A DNA stretch of 64,000 nt from a virus. Below are positions 1-9,738 of the stretch, piece by piece. Within the stretch, counting starts at the first letter, position 1. Each line of letters starts with the position of its first letter. The notes beneath the pieces were generated by a model. That model saw only the letters and a list, made by a program, of their open reading frames with translations. It had not been told where the DNA came from and did no database searches. Location: positions 1 to 64,000 of the IMG/VR virus record IMGVR_UViG_3300032246_001967; one strand, 5' to 3'. Both the position numbers and the translations under genes were made by a program.

Positions 1-2
1 AT

Positions 3-245
3 AATTATAAAGCATTTGATGCTTTTGTTCCTGAGGAGATTTTAGCTAATCCAGATTTAGTATCAACTAAATATCCTTTAATGTCTGCTGCTTGGTTCTT
101 TAATAAAAATGGTCTTTGGGCTATTTGTGATAAAGGAGCAGATCAAGGAACTGTAACTGCTGTTACTAAAAGAGTAAACGGTGGAACTATTGGATTACCA
201 GATCGTATTAAACACTTTAACGAATATTATAATTTATTAAAATAA
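3..245 (+). CDS. Glycoside hydrolase 19 (chitinase-like) endolysin, C-terminal part, 5'-truncated
   Basis: Frame 3 reads ...NPDLVSTKYPLMSAAWFFNKNGLWAICDKG...VTKRVNGGTIGLPDRIKHFNEYYNLLK*. SAAWFF and TKRVNGG-GL-DR are GH19 phage lysin motifs. Not in the ORF track. Confidence 0.85.
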   Translation, partial: NYKAFDAFVPEEILANPDLVSTKYPLMSAAWFFNKNGLWAICDKGADQGTVTAVTKRVNGGTIGLPDRIKHFNEYYNLLK

Positions 246-622
246 TGAGTGAATTTCAATTAAAAGAAGGACAAGGGTATATCTACATTGGAGAATATTT
301 CCATAAATACAATAAACCAATTCCTACAGAAAAAAAAGTAGCTAAAGTAGATTCTTTATTAAATATTCCTCAAATCGATGATTATGCTTTTAGTTTAGAC
401 TTTACAGTAGCAGATATCTATTTGGTTGATGATTATGAAAAAATGTATGAAGCAGTTATTGCTTTATTAGCTAATGATCAATTAAAAGATGATTGGTATG
501 AAGATACTGATGGAGATTTGAAAGATAGAGTAGCTAAATTTATGGCTGCTTTTGGATATAAAGAAATTGCAGATGTAGATGGGGATGGTATTCCTGACCA
601 TTTAGATCCAACCATAGGTTAA
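245..622 (+). CDS. Hypothetical protein with C-terminal DxDGDGIPD Ca-binding-like motif
   Basis: ORF coupled to the lysin by TAATG; ends DVDGDGIPDHLD. Confidence 0.6.
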   Translation: MSEFQLKEGQGYIYIGEYFHKYNKPIPTEKKVAKVDSLLNIPQIDDYAFSLDFTVADIYLVDDYEKMYEAVIALLANDQLKDDWYEDTDGDLKDRVAKFMAAFGYKEIADVDGDGIPDHLDPTIG

Positions 623-705
623 TATCAACAATTTTCATGACCTGAATAAGGTCTTAGTTTATAGGCGTTATATTAAAAGTATATAGCGCCTATATTTATT
701 GATGT

Positions 706-1131
706 ATGGACGTTAATAAGATATTTGGCTTATTCGATTCTGGTTCTGAAGGAAAGGTTGAAAAAGAGGCTTTTGTAGATTTTACAGAAAGCCCGGTTTA
801 TTATTTAGGTATGTTTAAAAAACTTATTTTAAATAATGATATTTTTAAAACAAAAGTAAAATTTTTTCTTGAGCAATTTTATCCTGAGATAGATAATGAA
901 GAATCTGAAGAGCAGGGAGAGAATATAACTTATGAGAGAGCTTGGGAGTATGTAAAAAAATTTAACATAAACGAGGAGTCTCATAGAGAATCAATTACAT
1001 TAATTTTAGATAAAGACCTTTTGAAAGCCCTAGATAAAGCTATTTTCCACTTCCAGGAAATTGAATATTATGAAAGATGTGCTTATCTTAAAAAAATTTC
1101 AGATGAGGTAAAAAAACTCCTTTCCACCTAA
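706..1131 (+). CDS. Hypothetical protein with UvrB/C-like C-terminal helix (EYYERCAYLK)
   Basis: ORF preceded by the ATATTTAT motif. Confidence 0.55.
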   Translation: MDVNKIFGLFDSGSEGKVEKEAFVDFTESPVYYLGMFKKLILNNDIFKTKVKFFLEQFYPEIDNEESEEQGENITYERAWEYVKKFNINEESHRESITLILDKDLLKALDKAIFHFQEIEYYERCAYLKKISDEVKKLLST

Positions 1132-1133
1132 GT

Positions 1134-1162
1134 TTGGCCTTTGTTTTTTTCCATGTTATATT
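1134..1162 (+). promoter_or_regulatory. TTGG-N19-TATATT putative host-sigma promoter
   Basis: TTGG 1134-1137, TATATT 1157-1162; same 19-nt spacing at five sites. Confidence 0.65.
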
Positions 1163-1206
1163 ATAATTACGGGTTTAAAAAAAAGCTTGTAACTAAAAGA
1201 TAGAAT

Positions 1207-1404
1207 ATGAAAAACAGAGAGATTATAATGAGACGGTTGGATAAAATGGAGGGTAATATTGAGAAAATGTACTTCGTTTTACAACGTCAAGGTACTAGAG
1301 AACAGTTTGAAGAGAATCTTCAACAACTTAGAGAATTAGTATCGGAAACTAAAATGTTTGTAGATCAAGAACCACTTGGTCCTAATGAAATGAACAATAT
1401 TTAA
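1207..1404 (+). CDS. Hypothetical coiled-coil protein
   Basis: 65-aa ORF between the promoter and the HD gene. Confidence 0.55.
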   Translation: MKNREIIMRRLDKMEGNIEKMYFVLQRQGTREQFEENLQQLRELVSETKMFVDQEPLGPNEMNNI

Positions 1405-1405
1405 T

Positions 1406-2188
1406 ATGAATTTAACAGCAGAACAAATCCAACAGAATTGGATGAGGTTAATGGGTTTTATTGAAGATCACATTTCTGAACCTCGTAAATCTAAATTATT
1501 TGATTTTTATGAGAAATACTCTGAGCGTCTAATATTGATGCCTGCTGCTCATAAGAAAGAATACCATAACGCTTTTCCTGGAGGGTATGTAGAGCATGTT
1601 AATAGAGTTATTACTTGTGCTCTTCATCTTCATGAATTATGGGCTATGATGGGAGTTGATACTACTACTTACACTAAAGAAGAATTAGTATTTTCTGCAC
1701 TTAATCATGACCTGGGTAAAATGGGATCAGAAGAAGAAGAATCATATATTCCTCAAGATGATAAATGGCGTAAAGAAAAATTAGGAGAAGACTATAAATT
1801 TAACGATAGAATTCCTTTTGCTTCTGTACCTGATAGAGGATTATTTTTACTTCAATCACATGGTATCCAGTATACTTTTAATGAGATGATTACTATCCAA
1901 ACTCATGATGGTTTATACGATGAAGCTAATAAAAAATATTTAGCCACTTATCTTCCAGAACAAAAACCTAGAACTAGCTTACCTTATATTGTTCATCAAG
2001 CTGATTTAATGGCTGCTAGAATTGAGTTTGAAAGAGAATGGTTACCTAAATTAAATGGTAATAAAGAAGATAAAAAAACATTTACTTTAGAAACTAAAAA
2101 ATCAACTCCTACAGTTTCAGATAAGAAAGCAAGAGCTTTAAATAGTGTTAAAAGTGAGGGACTTAAAAATTTATTAGATAATTTATGA
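1406..2188 (+). CDS. HD-domain phosphohydrolase (YhaM/CBF1-like)
   Basis: YHNAFPGGYVEH, LNHDLGK, HDG, HQAD motifs. Confidence 0.85.
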   Translation: MNLTAEQIQQNWMRLMGFIEDHISEPRKSKLFDFYEKYSERLILMPAAHKKEYHNAFPGGYVEHVNRVITCALHLHELWAMMGVDTTTYTKEELVFSALNHDLGKMGSEEEESYIPQDDKWRKEKLGEDYKFNDRIPFASVPDRGLFLLQSHGIQYTFNEMITIQTHDGLYDEANKKYLATYLPEQKPRTSLPYIVHQADLMAARIEFEREWLPKLNGNKEDKKTFTLETKKSTPTVSDKKARALNSVKSEGLKNLLDNL

Positions 2189-2460
2189 TAACCATAGTTA
2201 TAATGCTCTTTTTATTGGTCGTAATCTTAGGATTTACGACCTTTAACCTTCTTAAAAAGAATGAAAAACAAGAAGATATCCTTGCTTCATACATGACTTA
2301 CCTTAATAAAATTTCAGATATTATTGAAGAATCAGATAGAAAAATTCATGAAGTTGATATGAAAGGTTCCTTTGAAAGTGATGATGAGGTAGGTTTTTTC
2401 TTCACACATATCAAAATGATTCAAGATGTTTTGAATCAATTTAAAATTAAAAATCTATGA
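2185..2460 (+). CDS. Small membrane protein (N-terminal TM plus coiled coil)
   Basis: Hydrophobic N-terminus MITIVIMLFLLVVILGF; ATGA overlaps. Confidence 0.6.
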   Translation: MITIVIMLFLLVVILGFTTFNLLKKNEKQEDILASYMTYLNKISDIIEESDRKIHEVDMKGSFESDDEVGFFFTHIKMIQDVLNQFKIKNL

Positions 2461-3164
2461 GTGAAGTAGTAGTGAAAAAGAAAAAAGGAGTACAATATTT
2501 TACTCAAGCAACAGAAGATGCTATTGTTGAGTATAATAATGCTACTACCTTTGAGGAAAAAAATAAAATTTATCATGACCGTATCCATTATGCTTTCTTT
2601 AAATTAACAGAAAATATTATTCATACTTTTAAATTTTATTATACTGAAGTAGATAATATTGAAGATTTACAATTTGAAGTTATTTCATTTTTAATCTCTA
2701 AAATGCATTTATTTAATCCAGAAAAAGGAGCTAAAGCATACTCTTATTTTGGTACAATTGCTAAACGTTATCTGATTTTATCTAATCAAAAAAATTATAA
2801 AAAACGTATTGATACGTCCCCGGTTTCAATTATTGAAGAAGATGAAAACCATTCTTATGAATTAGAAGATGATCAACCAATTGAAAGATTATCTTTTTAT
2901 ATTGATGAGTTTACGGAGCATTGCACTGAAAATATTTTTGAATTATTTCCTAAAGAAGAAGATGCTAAAATAGCTGATGCAATTCTAGAATTATTTCGTA
3001 AAAGAGAAAATCTAGATGTTTTTAATAAAAAAGCACTTTACATTTATATTAGAGAAATTATTGATGTAAAAACTCCTAAAATTACTAAAATAGCAAATCG
3101 TTTATATGATATCTTTAAAGAAGGGTATGTATTCTATCTAGAACATGGATATACAAGGTTTTGA
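2457..3164 (+). CDS. Late-transcription sigma factor, T4 gp55-like
   Basis: YFT near the N-terminus and region-2-like ISKMHLFNPEKGAKAYSYFGTIAKRYLI. Confidence 0.75.
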   Translation: MSEVVVKKKKGVQYFTQATEDAIVEYNNATTFEEKNKIYHDRIHYAFFKLTENIIHTFKFYYTEVDNIEDLQFEVISFLISKMHLFNPEKGAKAYSYFGTIAKRYLILSNQKNYKKRIDTSPVSIIEEDENHSYELEDDQPIERLSFYIDEFTEHCTENIFELFPKEEDAKIADAILELFRKRENLDVFNKKALYIYIREIIDVKTPKITKIANRLYDIFKEGYVFYLEHGYTRF

Positions 3165-3168
3165 TTTA

Positions 3169-3178
3169 AATATTTATA
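3169..3178 (+). promoter_or_regulatory. Putative late promoter NATATTTATA (representative of ~22 copies)
   Basis: Recurs shortly upstream of starts at 3169, 5614, 14298, 17554, 28122, 32021, 32703, 37175, 39840, 41747, 43683, 48253, 50633, 54643, 55307, 60892, 61546, 63296, 63868 and others. Confidence 0.75.
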
Positions 3179-3190
3179 ATCAAAAGCCTT

Positions 3191-3529
3191 ATGAGTTTAG
3201 ATGCTGTAGTATTCAAAAAGAAAAAATTCTCTGATATATTAGAAGAAATTTACGAAAATCAAAAGAAAAAAGAGGCTCAAATTTCTGCTTTAATTGGAGA
3301 ATTAAAACCACTTATTAATGATATAGGTGATGCTACTCTTGTAGTTCCATTAATTAAAGAATATATGGAAATTGGAGTAAAAAATGATGAACAATTAATT
3401 AAAATGGCTACAATTGTTCAACGTGCTTTACAAGTACAAGCCCAAACTGGAGCTAATGATTTAGCTTTCTCAGAAGAAGAAAAAGCTCAATTATTTGATT
3501 TAGCAAAAAACGTTGGTGAAAAGAAATAA
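3191..3529 (+). CDS. Helical protein, possible terminase small subunit
   Basis: Size, helical pattern and late promoter; the function is a guess. Confidence 0.35.
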   Translation: MSLDAVVFKKKKFSDILEEIYENQKKKEAQISALIGELKPLINDIGDATLVVPLIKEYMEIGVKNDEQLIKMATIVQRALQVQAQTGANDLAFSEEEKAQLFDLAKNVGEKK

Positions 3530-4740
3530 TGGTTGATGGTTTTTTAAATATTATAAATAAATCTTCACCTCAAGGTAGTAATAAAAAATCTTCTATTGGT
3601 TCTACTATTTTTATTGGTAGAGTAAATAATGTAATTTTATCTGACCAAGATGAAGGATGGGAAGAAAATGGTGAATACGCTAGCGTAGGATATATTTATT
3701 TTAGTAATCCTACAGTAAATAATCCAACAGCAAAAAATGTTGCTCGTCCTTTATTTTCTAATCAAAAATTATATCCTATTTTAAATGAATTAATTTATAT
3801 AATAGGTTTACCTTCTACTGATATTAATAGAGATCCTTCTCAATTAACTTTTTATTACTTCCAACCTATTAATATTTGGAATAGTAATCACCATAATGCT
3901 ATTCCTGATGAAATCTTTAACCAACAATTACCAGATTCTCAAAAACAAGATTATCCTACAGTTGGTTTAGGTGCTGTTAGAAGAGTAACAGATGAAAGTA
4001 CTGAAATTGATTTAGGTGCTACTTTTAAAGAAAAATCAAATATTAAAACATTACAACCTTATGAAGGTGATTATATATTAGAAGGTAGATGGGGCAATAG
4101 TATTCGATTTGGTTCTACTGTTATTAATAGTTATCCTTCTAATACTTGGTCATCAACAGGTAATAATGGTGATCCTCTTATTATTATAAGAAATGGCCAA
4201 TATAATGATGAAAAAGATGCTTGGGTACCAACAGTTGAAGACATTAACCAAGATTCAGGTTCAATTTATTTAACTACAACTCAAAAAATAAACCTAACTC
4301 CTGCTTCTCAAAATTATAATAGTTATTCAACTCAACCAACATCTATTAATCAATATATAAATCCTCAAATAATTTTAAATTCGGGACGACTAGTATTTAA
4401 TTCTTCGCAAGATAACATACTATTAACGTCTAAAAAAACCGTAGGATTAAATGCCGTGGAAAGCGTTAATATTGATACTAAACAAACTATAATAAATTCT
4501 AGTCAAATCTTTTTAGGTGGTAAAGATGCTACTGAATCTGTTTTAAAAGGAGATACTACAGTACAAATTTTATCTGATTTATTAACAGAATTAATTAATT
4601 TAACAACAGCTTTAGTAAGTGTTACTCCTCAAGGAGGACCTTTAGTAAATCCTGCTGCTACTCAATTATTACCTGAATTAGTTAGTATTAAAACTAGATT
4701 AGAAACACAAACAAAATCTAACATAAGTAAAACTTTATAA
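3529..4740 (+). CDS. Baseplate central spike/hub protein (gp5/gpV-like)
   Basis: N-terminal OB-like region (YPILNELIYI), EGRWGNSIRFGS, beta-helix-like C-terminus ending IFLG...ESVLKGD; lies upstream of gp25/gp6. Confidence 0.6.
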   Translation: MVDGFLNIINKSSPQGSNKKSSIGSTIFIGRVNNVILSDQDEGWEENGEYASVGYIYFSNPTVNNPTAKNVARPLFSNQKLYPILNELIYIIGLPSTDINRDPSQLTFYYFQPINIWNSNHHNAIPDEIFNQQLPDSQKQDYPTVGLGAVRRVTDESTEIDLGATFKEKSNIKTLQPYEGDYILEGRWGNSIRFGSTVINSYPSNTWSSTGNNGDPLIIIRNGQYNDEKDAWVPTVEDINQDSGSIYLTTTQKINLTPASQNYNSYSTQPTSINQYINPQIILNSGRLVFNSSQDNILLTSKKTVGLNAVESVNIDTKQTIINSSQIFLGGKDATESVLKGDTTVQILSDLLTELINLTTALVSVTPQGGPLVNPAATQLLPELVSIKTRLETQTKSNISKTL

Positions 4741-5609
4741 TGGCTGGAATTGATATTAAAACTTTACAAAGTGCTTTGCCTGATTCTTTAAAACAAAAAG
4801 GAGTCGCTAAGGTGAAAGACTTAATTATGAATAAAGGTCAAGAAGTTAAAACTAAATTACAACCTGCTTTAGATAATATAGTCTCCAAACTACCTAATCC
4901 TAATGAAGCTTGTTTAAATGATAATCAAATTCAACAAGTATTAATTACAAGAAATAATATAGTGAATGAATTAAACAAAGTTCAAATTGTTTTAAATGTT
5001 TTATCTACTTCAATAGGATTAAGTTCTGGTTTTTTAGAAGCATTAATAGTGACTGCTACTACTCTTAGAACTTTAAGAACATCATTAACAGCCACAACAA
5101 CAGCTTTAGGTCCATTACCTGTTCCTGGAGAAATAATAAGTGGGATAAATATTGCTAATGAAATTTTAGATAGACTAAAATATGATGATTTAGGAAATCC
5201 TAAACTAGAAAAATTAAAAACTAATATAGATGCTACGGCTATTCCAGTAGCTGTAACTGCTGTTTCTTTAAAAACATTTATTTCATCACTTAATACTATA
5301 GATGATTTTTTAACTAAATGCGCCCCTAATGCTATTTTAGAAAAAGTAAATGAAGATACTTTAAAAACAGTTGCTATTCAAAGTTTGATAGATACCTCAT
5401 CTCAAACAAATAATGCTTTATACCAAGGTTTTGCTATCACATTAGAAGAAAAAAATTATTCTCCTACTGTTAAACAATATAGAGCTGTAGGTAAGAATAA
5501 CCAAGGAATTATTTTAATATCTACTCCTTATTCTTTTACTACATCACCACAAGTATTAATTGATGAATTAAAATTCATTATTGATAGAGATAATTTAAAA
5601 GCTTATTAA
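4740..5609 (+). CDS. Hypothetical baseplate-region protein
   Basis: Translationally coupled ORF. Confidence 0.55.
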   Translation: MAGIDIKTLQSALPDSLKQKGVAKVKDLIMNKGQEVKTKLQPALDNIVSKLPNPNEACLNDNQIQQVLITRNNIVNELNKVQIVLNVLSTSIGLSSGFLEALIVTATTLRTLRTSLTATTTALGPLPVPGEIISGINIANEILDRLKYDDLGNPKLEKLKTNIDATAIPVAVTAVSLKTFISSLNTIDDFLTKCAPNAILEKVNEDTLKTVAIQSLIDTSSQTNNALYQGFAITLEEKNYSPTVKQYRAVGKNNQGIILISTPYSFTTSPQVLIDELKFIIDRDNLKAY

Positions 5610-5627
5610 TTTTAATATTTATAAAAA

Positions 5628-5999
5628 ATGAAACCATCCGAATTTAAAACTTTAATCAAGGAAGCTGTAAGAGAAGCTTTTCAAGAAGAATTAAAAGAAA
5701 TTCTTTTAGAAGCAGTTCGTGCTCCTAAAAGTGCAACTGTTGGGAATGGAGGTTATGGTACTGTAACTGAATCAAAAGGTACTTATGCTCAACCTCATAT
5801 AGAACAACCAAAACAATTATCACCCGCAGAACGTAGAAATATGTTTGCTGGAATGATAGAAGAAATGCAAACAGGAGGAGTAGCAAATACTGCTTATCAA
5901 GGTACAATTAATCCAAACCAACCAGTAGACACTATTAATGGTGCTTTACCTGAAGGACAAGTTGGATTAGATATGATAATGAATTTAATGAATAAATAA
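5628..5999 (+). CDS. Hypothetical protein with MK-x-E-x-K-x-LIKE leader
   Basis: MKPSEFKTLIKEAVREAFQEELKEILLEA; late promoter at 5614. Confidence 0.6.
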   Translation: MKPSEFKTLIKEAVREAFQEELKEILLEAVRAPKSATVGNGGYGTVTESKGTYAQPHIEQPKQLSPAERRNMFAGMIEEMQTGGVANTAYQGTINPNQPVDTINGALPEGQVGLDMIMNLMNK

Positions 6000-6415
6000 T
6001 GGCGTTTGGAGCAATACGTAAATTCCCTATAGAAGTAACTAGTTCTTTAAGACCTCAAAGAGCTATAGGGGTGAGTATTCCTTTTAACGCTCCAGGTGTA
6101 TTTTATTCAACTTATACTACTAAAGATCAATTAAAATCAAATATTTTAAATTATTTTTTAACCAATAGAGGAGAAAGAGTATTTAATCCTACTTTTGGTT
6201 CTAATGTTAGAAACTATATTTTTGAGCAATTAACCATTCAAAATTATGATGGTTTAGAATTTATGATTCAAGAAGATATGAAAAAATATTTTCCCAATGT
6301 TAATGTAAATAGCTTAGAAATATTTGGTTTTGAAGATAGTAATACTTTACAAGTAAAAATATCTTACTCTATAAAAGATTTTGGAATTAATGATCAAATA
6401 ACTTTAACTATATAA
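5999..6415 (+). CDS. Baseplate wedge/sheath initiator, gp25-like
   Basis: LLxTxRGER-type motif (FLTNRGERVFNPTFGS). Confidence 0.9.
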   Translation: MAFGAIRKFPIEVTSSLRPQRAIGVSIPFNAPGVFYSTYTTKDQLKSNILNYFLTNRGERVFNPTFGSNVRNYIFEQLTIQNYDGLEFMIQEDMKKYFPNVNVNSLEIFGFEDSNTLQVKISYSIKDFGINDQITLTI

Positions 6416-8262
6416 TGGCCAACATAACAAGAAATATTAATTATTTAAATAGGGATTTTCCAAATTTAAGAAATGCTCTTATTGAGTATTCTAAAACATA
6501 CTTCCCAACAACATATAATGATTTTAGTCCAGCATCACCAGGAATGATGTTTATGGAAATGGCTGCTTATGTTGGAGATATCATGTCATTTTATTTGGAT
6601 AATCAAATCCAAGAAACATTTATTCAATATGCTAGACAAGTAACTAATATTTATGATTTAGCTTATATGTTAGGTTATAAACCTAAAGCTACTAATGTAT
6701 CTGTTGTAAATGTAGATTTTTATCAACAAGTACCAGCTTCAGGTTCAGGTGTAAATAATGTTCCTGATTATTCTTATAGTTTAACTTATCCATCAAATAC
6801 TCAAATTTCAAATGGTAGTGTTAATTTTATAGTAGAAGAACCAATTAATTTTTCTTATAGTAGTTCTTTAGATCCTACCGAAGTTTCTATATATGAAATA
6901 TCAGGTGGAGAGCCTATTTTTTATCTATTAAAAAAGACTAGAAAAGCATACTCAGCTACTATTAATACAACTTCATTTTCTTTTGGTAATTATCAACCAT
7001 ATCCTACTGTTGAAATAAACACATCTAATTTTATAGGAATTTTAGATATTACAGATTCAGATGGAAATGTTTGGTATGAAGTAGATTATTTAGGACAAGA
7101 AATGGTTTTAAACTCAGTTAAAAATTCAAATCCTAATAATCCTAATTATTCTTCTAATGATAATACTCCTTATTTATTAAAACTTAAAAAAGTACAAAGA
7201 AGATTTGCTACTCGTTTATTAGATGCTACTACAGTTCAAATCCAATTTGGATCAGGTAACCCTAATGATACAGATGAAGAATTAGTACCTAATAACAATA
7301 ATGTAGGTATTGGTTTACCTTATGGTAAAGATAAGTTAACAACAGCTTATTCACCTACAAACTTTATGTTTACTAATACTTATGGAACCGCACCTGTTAA
7401 TACAACTTTAACTGTTAGATATTTAACTGGAGGTGGAGTAAATAGTAATGTAGGAGCTAATCAAATTTCTAGTATTATAACTTTACCATCATTTATTAAT
7501 AATAATTTAAATGCTACTACAGCTAATACTATTTTCTCTACAAGAACAATTAATAATGCTGAAGCAGCTTCAGGTGGAAAATCAGGAGATACTATTCAAG
7601 AAATTAGACAAAATACTTTAGCTAATTATCAATCCCAATTACGTAACGTAACTCAAGATGATTATTTAGTAAGAGCCTTAGCTATGCCTTCTAAATATGG
7701 AACTATAGCAAAAGCATATATTGAACCAACAAAACGTTCAAATTTAAATCCTGGTGAATTACCTAATAATTTAGATTTATATGTTTTAGGATTTAATAAT
7801 AATGGAAATTTAATTACTACATCTAATTTAGTAAAACAAAATTTAATTACTTATTTATCACAATATAGATTATTAAATGATTCCGTGAGAATAAAAGATG
7901 CTTTTATTGTTAATATAGGAATTAATTTTGATATTATTGTTTTACCTAATTATAATAATAATGATATTTTACTTCAATGTATTTCTACATTACAGAATTA
8001 TTTTAGTATAAACAACTGGTCAATAAATCAACCTATTATTTTAAGAGACTTATATATTTTATTAGATAGAATCCAAGGAGTTCAAACTGTTAAAAATATA
8101 GAGATTACAAATAAAGTAGGTGAAAGTTTAGGATATAGTAATAACTCTTATGATATTAAAGGAGCAACTATATCTAACATAATTTATCCTTCAATTGATC
8201 CTATGATTTTTGAAGTTAAATATCCGTTAACAGACATTCAAGGAAGAGTAGTACCTTTATAA
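6415..8262 (+). CDS. Baseplate wedge protein, gp6-like
   Basis: YLNRDF, DFSPASPGMMFMEMAAYVGD, LGYKP, GGKSGDTIQEIR, RNVTQDDY; follows gp25. Confidence 0.9.
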   Translation: MANITRNINYLNRDFPNLRNALIEYSKTYFPTTYNDFSPASPGMMFMEMAAYVGDIMSFYLDNQIQETFIQYARQVTNIYDLAYMLGYKPKATNVSVVNVDFYQQVPASGSGVNNVPDYSYSLTYPSNTQISNGSVNFIVEEPINFSYSSSLDPTEVSIYEISGGEPIFYLLKKTRKAYSATINTTSFSFGNYQPYPTVEINTSNFIGILDITDSDGNVWYEVDYLGQEMVLNSVKNSNPNNPNYSSNDNTPYLLKLKKVQRRFATRLLDATTVQIQFGSGNPNDTDEELVPNNNNVGIGLPYGKDKLTTAYSPTNFMFTNTYGTAPVNTTLTVRYLTGGGVNSNVGANQISSIITLPSFINNNLNATTANTIFSTRTINNAEAASGGKSGDTIQEIRQNTLANYQSQLRNVTQDDYLVRALAMPSKYGTIAKAYIEPTKRSNLNPGELPNNLDLYVLGFNNNGNLITTSNLVKQNLITYLSQYRLLNDSVRIKDAFIVNIGINFDIIVLPNYNNNDILLQCISTLQNYFSINNWSINQPIILRDLYILLDRIQGVQTVKNIEITNKVGESLGYSNNSYDIKGATISNIIYPSIDPMIFEVKYPLTDIQGRVVPL

Positions 8263-8263
8263 A

Positions 8264-9391
8264 ATGGCAGTATATAAAATTTTTCCAATAGCAGATACAA
8301 CCTTATATTCAGGATACCCTTCTATGAATACAGGGTTAGATGAAATAATAGAATCATCTACTAATTTTGAAACAGGTGTTCTTCAAACTCCTGGTTTATA
8401 CCCTCAAACATCAAGATATTTAGTTAAATTTGATCCTACAGAAATAAATGATATTATTAATAATAAAATATCTGGTTCTAATTGGCAATCAAATTTAAGA
8501 GTATTTATTGCTAAAGCTGAAGGTTTAAGTAATACTTCTTCTATAGCAATTAATGCTATAGCTGAAGATTGGGCAATGGGAACAGGTCATTTTTTAAGTT
8601 CACCAGAAATTAATAATGGTGCTTCTTGGATATGGAAAGATTATTCTGGAAGTGCTAAATGGACAACCTCAAGTTTTACTTCAGGCATTACAGGATCTTA
8701 TAATATAACTAATAATCCATCATCTCAAGGAGGTGGAGTTTGGTATACTAGTTCTCAACAATCACAAATTTTTAGTTTTTATTCTGATTTAGATTTAAAT
8801 TCAAATGTAACTTCTATTGTATCAAAATGGTATAGTGGTTCTTTTAATAATTATGGATTCATTGTTAGACAAACTGAGTCTCAAGAATTTATAAATAATA
8901 CTAATGCTCAAGTTACTTTAAAATATTTTTCAAGAGATACTCATACTATTTATCCTCCTCAATTAGAGTTTAAATGGAATGATTATACTTATTCAACAGG
9001 TAACCTTTCAGTTTTAAATACAACTCCAGTAACATTAGCTTTAGACCAAAATCCAGGTATATTTTATTCTAGTAGTGTTAATATTTTTAGAGTAAACGCT
9101 CGTCCTGAATACCCTGTAAAAGTATGGCAAACATCTTCAGTTTATACTCAAAATTATGCTTTACCTACTGCCTCATATTATGCAATAAAAGATTTAGATA
9201 CTGATGAGTATGTGATTGATTTTGATACTACTTATACTAAACTAAGTTGCGACTCTAATGGAAGTTATTTTACTTTGTATATGAATGGATTAGAACCAGA
9301 AAGATATTATAAAATTTTAATCCAATCAACAATTAATAACAACACAATAGTGTTTGATGAAAATTATATTTTTAAAGTAGTAAATGGCTAA
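8264..9391 (+). CDS. Virion structural protein
   Basis: Ser/Thr/Asn-rich beta protein in the baseplate operon. Confidence 0.55.
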   Translation: MAVYKIFPIADTTLYSGYPSMNTGLDEIIESSTNFETGVLQTPGLYPQTSRYLVKFDPTEINDIINNKISGSNWQSNLRVFIAKAEGLSNTSSIAINAIAEDWAMGTGHFLSSPEINNGASWIWKDYSGSAKWTTSSFTSGITGSYNITNNPSSQGGGVWYTSSQQSQIFSFYSDLDLNSNVTSIVSKWYSGSFNNYGFIVRQTESQEFINNTNAQVTLKYFSRDTHTIYPPQLEFKWNDYTYSTGNLSVLNTTPVTLALDQNPGIFYSSSVNIFRVNARPEYPVKVWQTSSVYTQNYALPTASYYAIKDLDTDEYVIDFDTTYTKLSCDSNGSYFTLYMNGLEPERYYKILIQSTINNNTIVFDENYIFKVVNG

Positions 9392-9737
9392 TATTTCTTT
9401 AAATAAAGAAACTTATAATAAATCCCAATTTCAAAGGGTAGTTAACACTAGTTTTACTCAATTAGTGAATACAACTCCTACTGCTTCAACAGCTTTACCT
9501 TTTGAAGATACAAATCAAAAAATAACAGAATTTTTTAATTCTTACAATTCTTTATTTTATGATATACCTAAATTTGGAGATACAAATTCTCATGAGTATC
9601 TTGTAAAAACAAGTGGAGAATATATTGGAAATATTTCTACTTCTGATGACACTGTTCAAGCATTAATTGAAGAAATAACCCAATTAAGACAAGAAAATTT
9701 AACTTTACAACAACAATTAATTTCAGGAAGTATATAA
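9384..9737 (+). CDS. Hypothetical structural protein with C-terminal coiled coil
   Basis: ORF in the baseplate operon. Confidence 0.55.
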   Translation: MANISLNKETYNKSQFQRVVNTSFTQLVNTTPTASTALPFEDTNQKITEFFNSYNSLFYDIPKFGDTNSHEYLVKTSGEYIGNISTSDDTVQALIEEITQLRQENLTLQQQLISGSI

Positions 9738-9738
9738 A

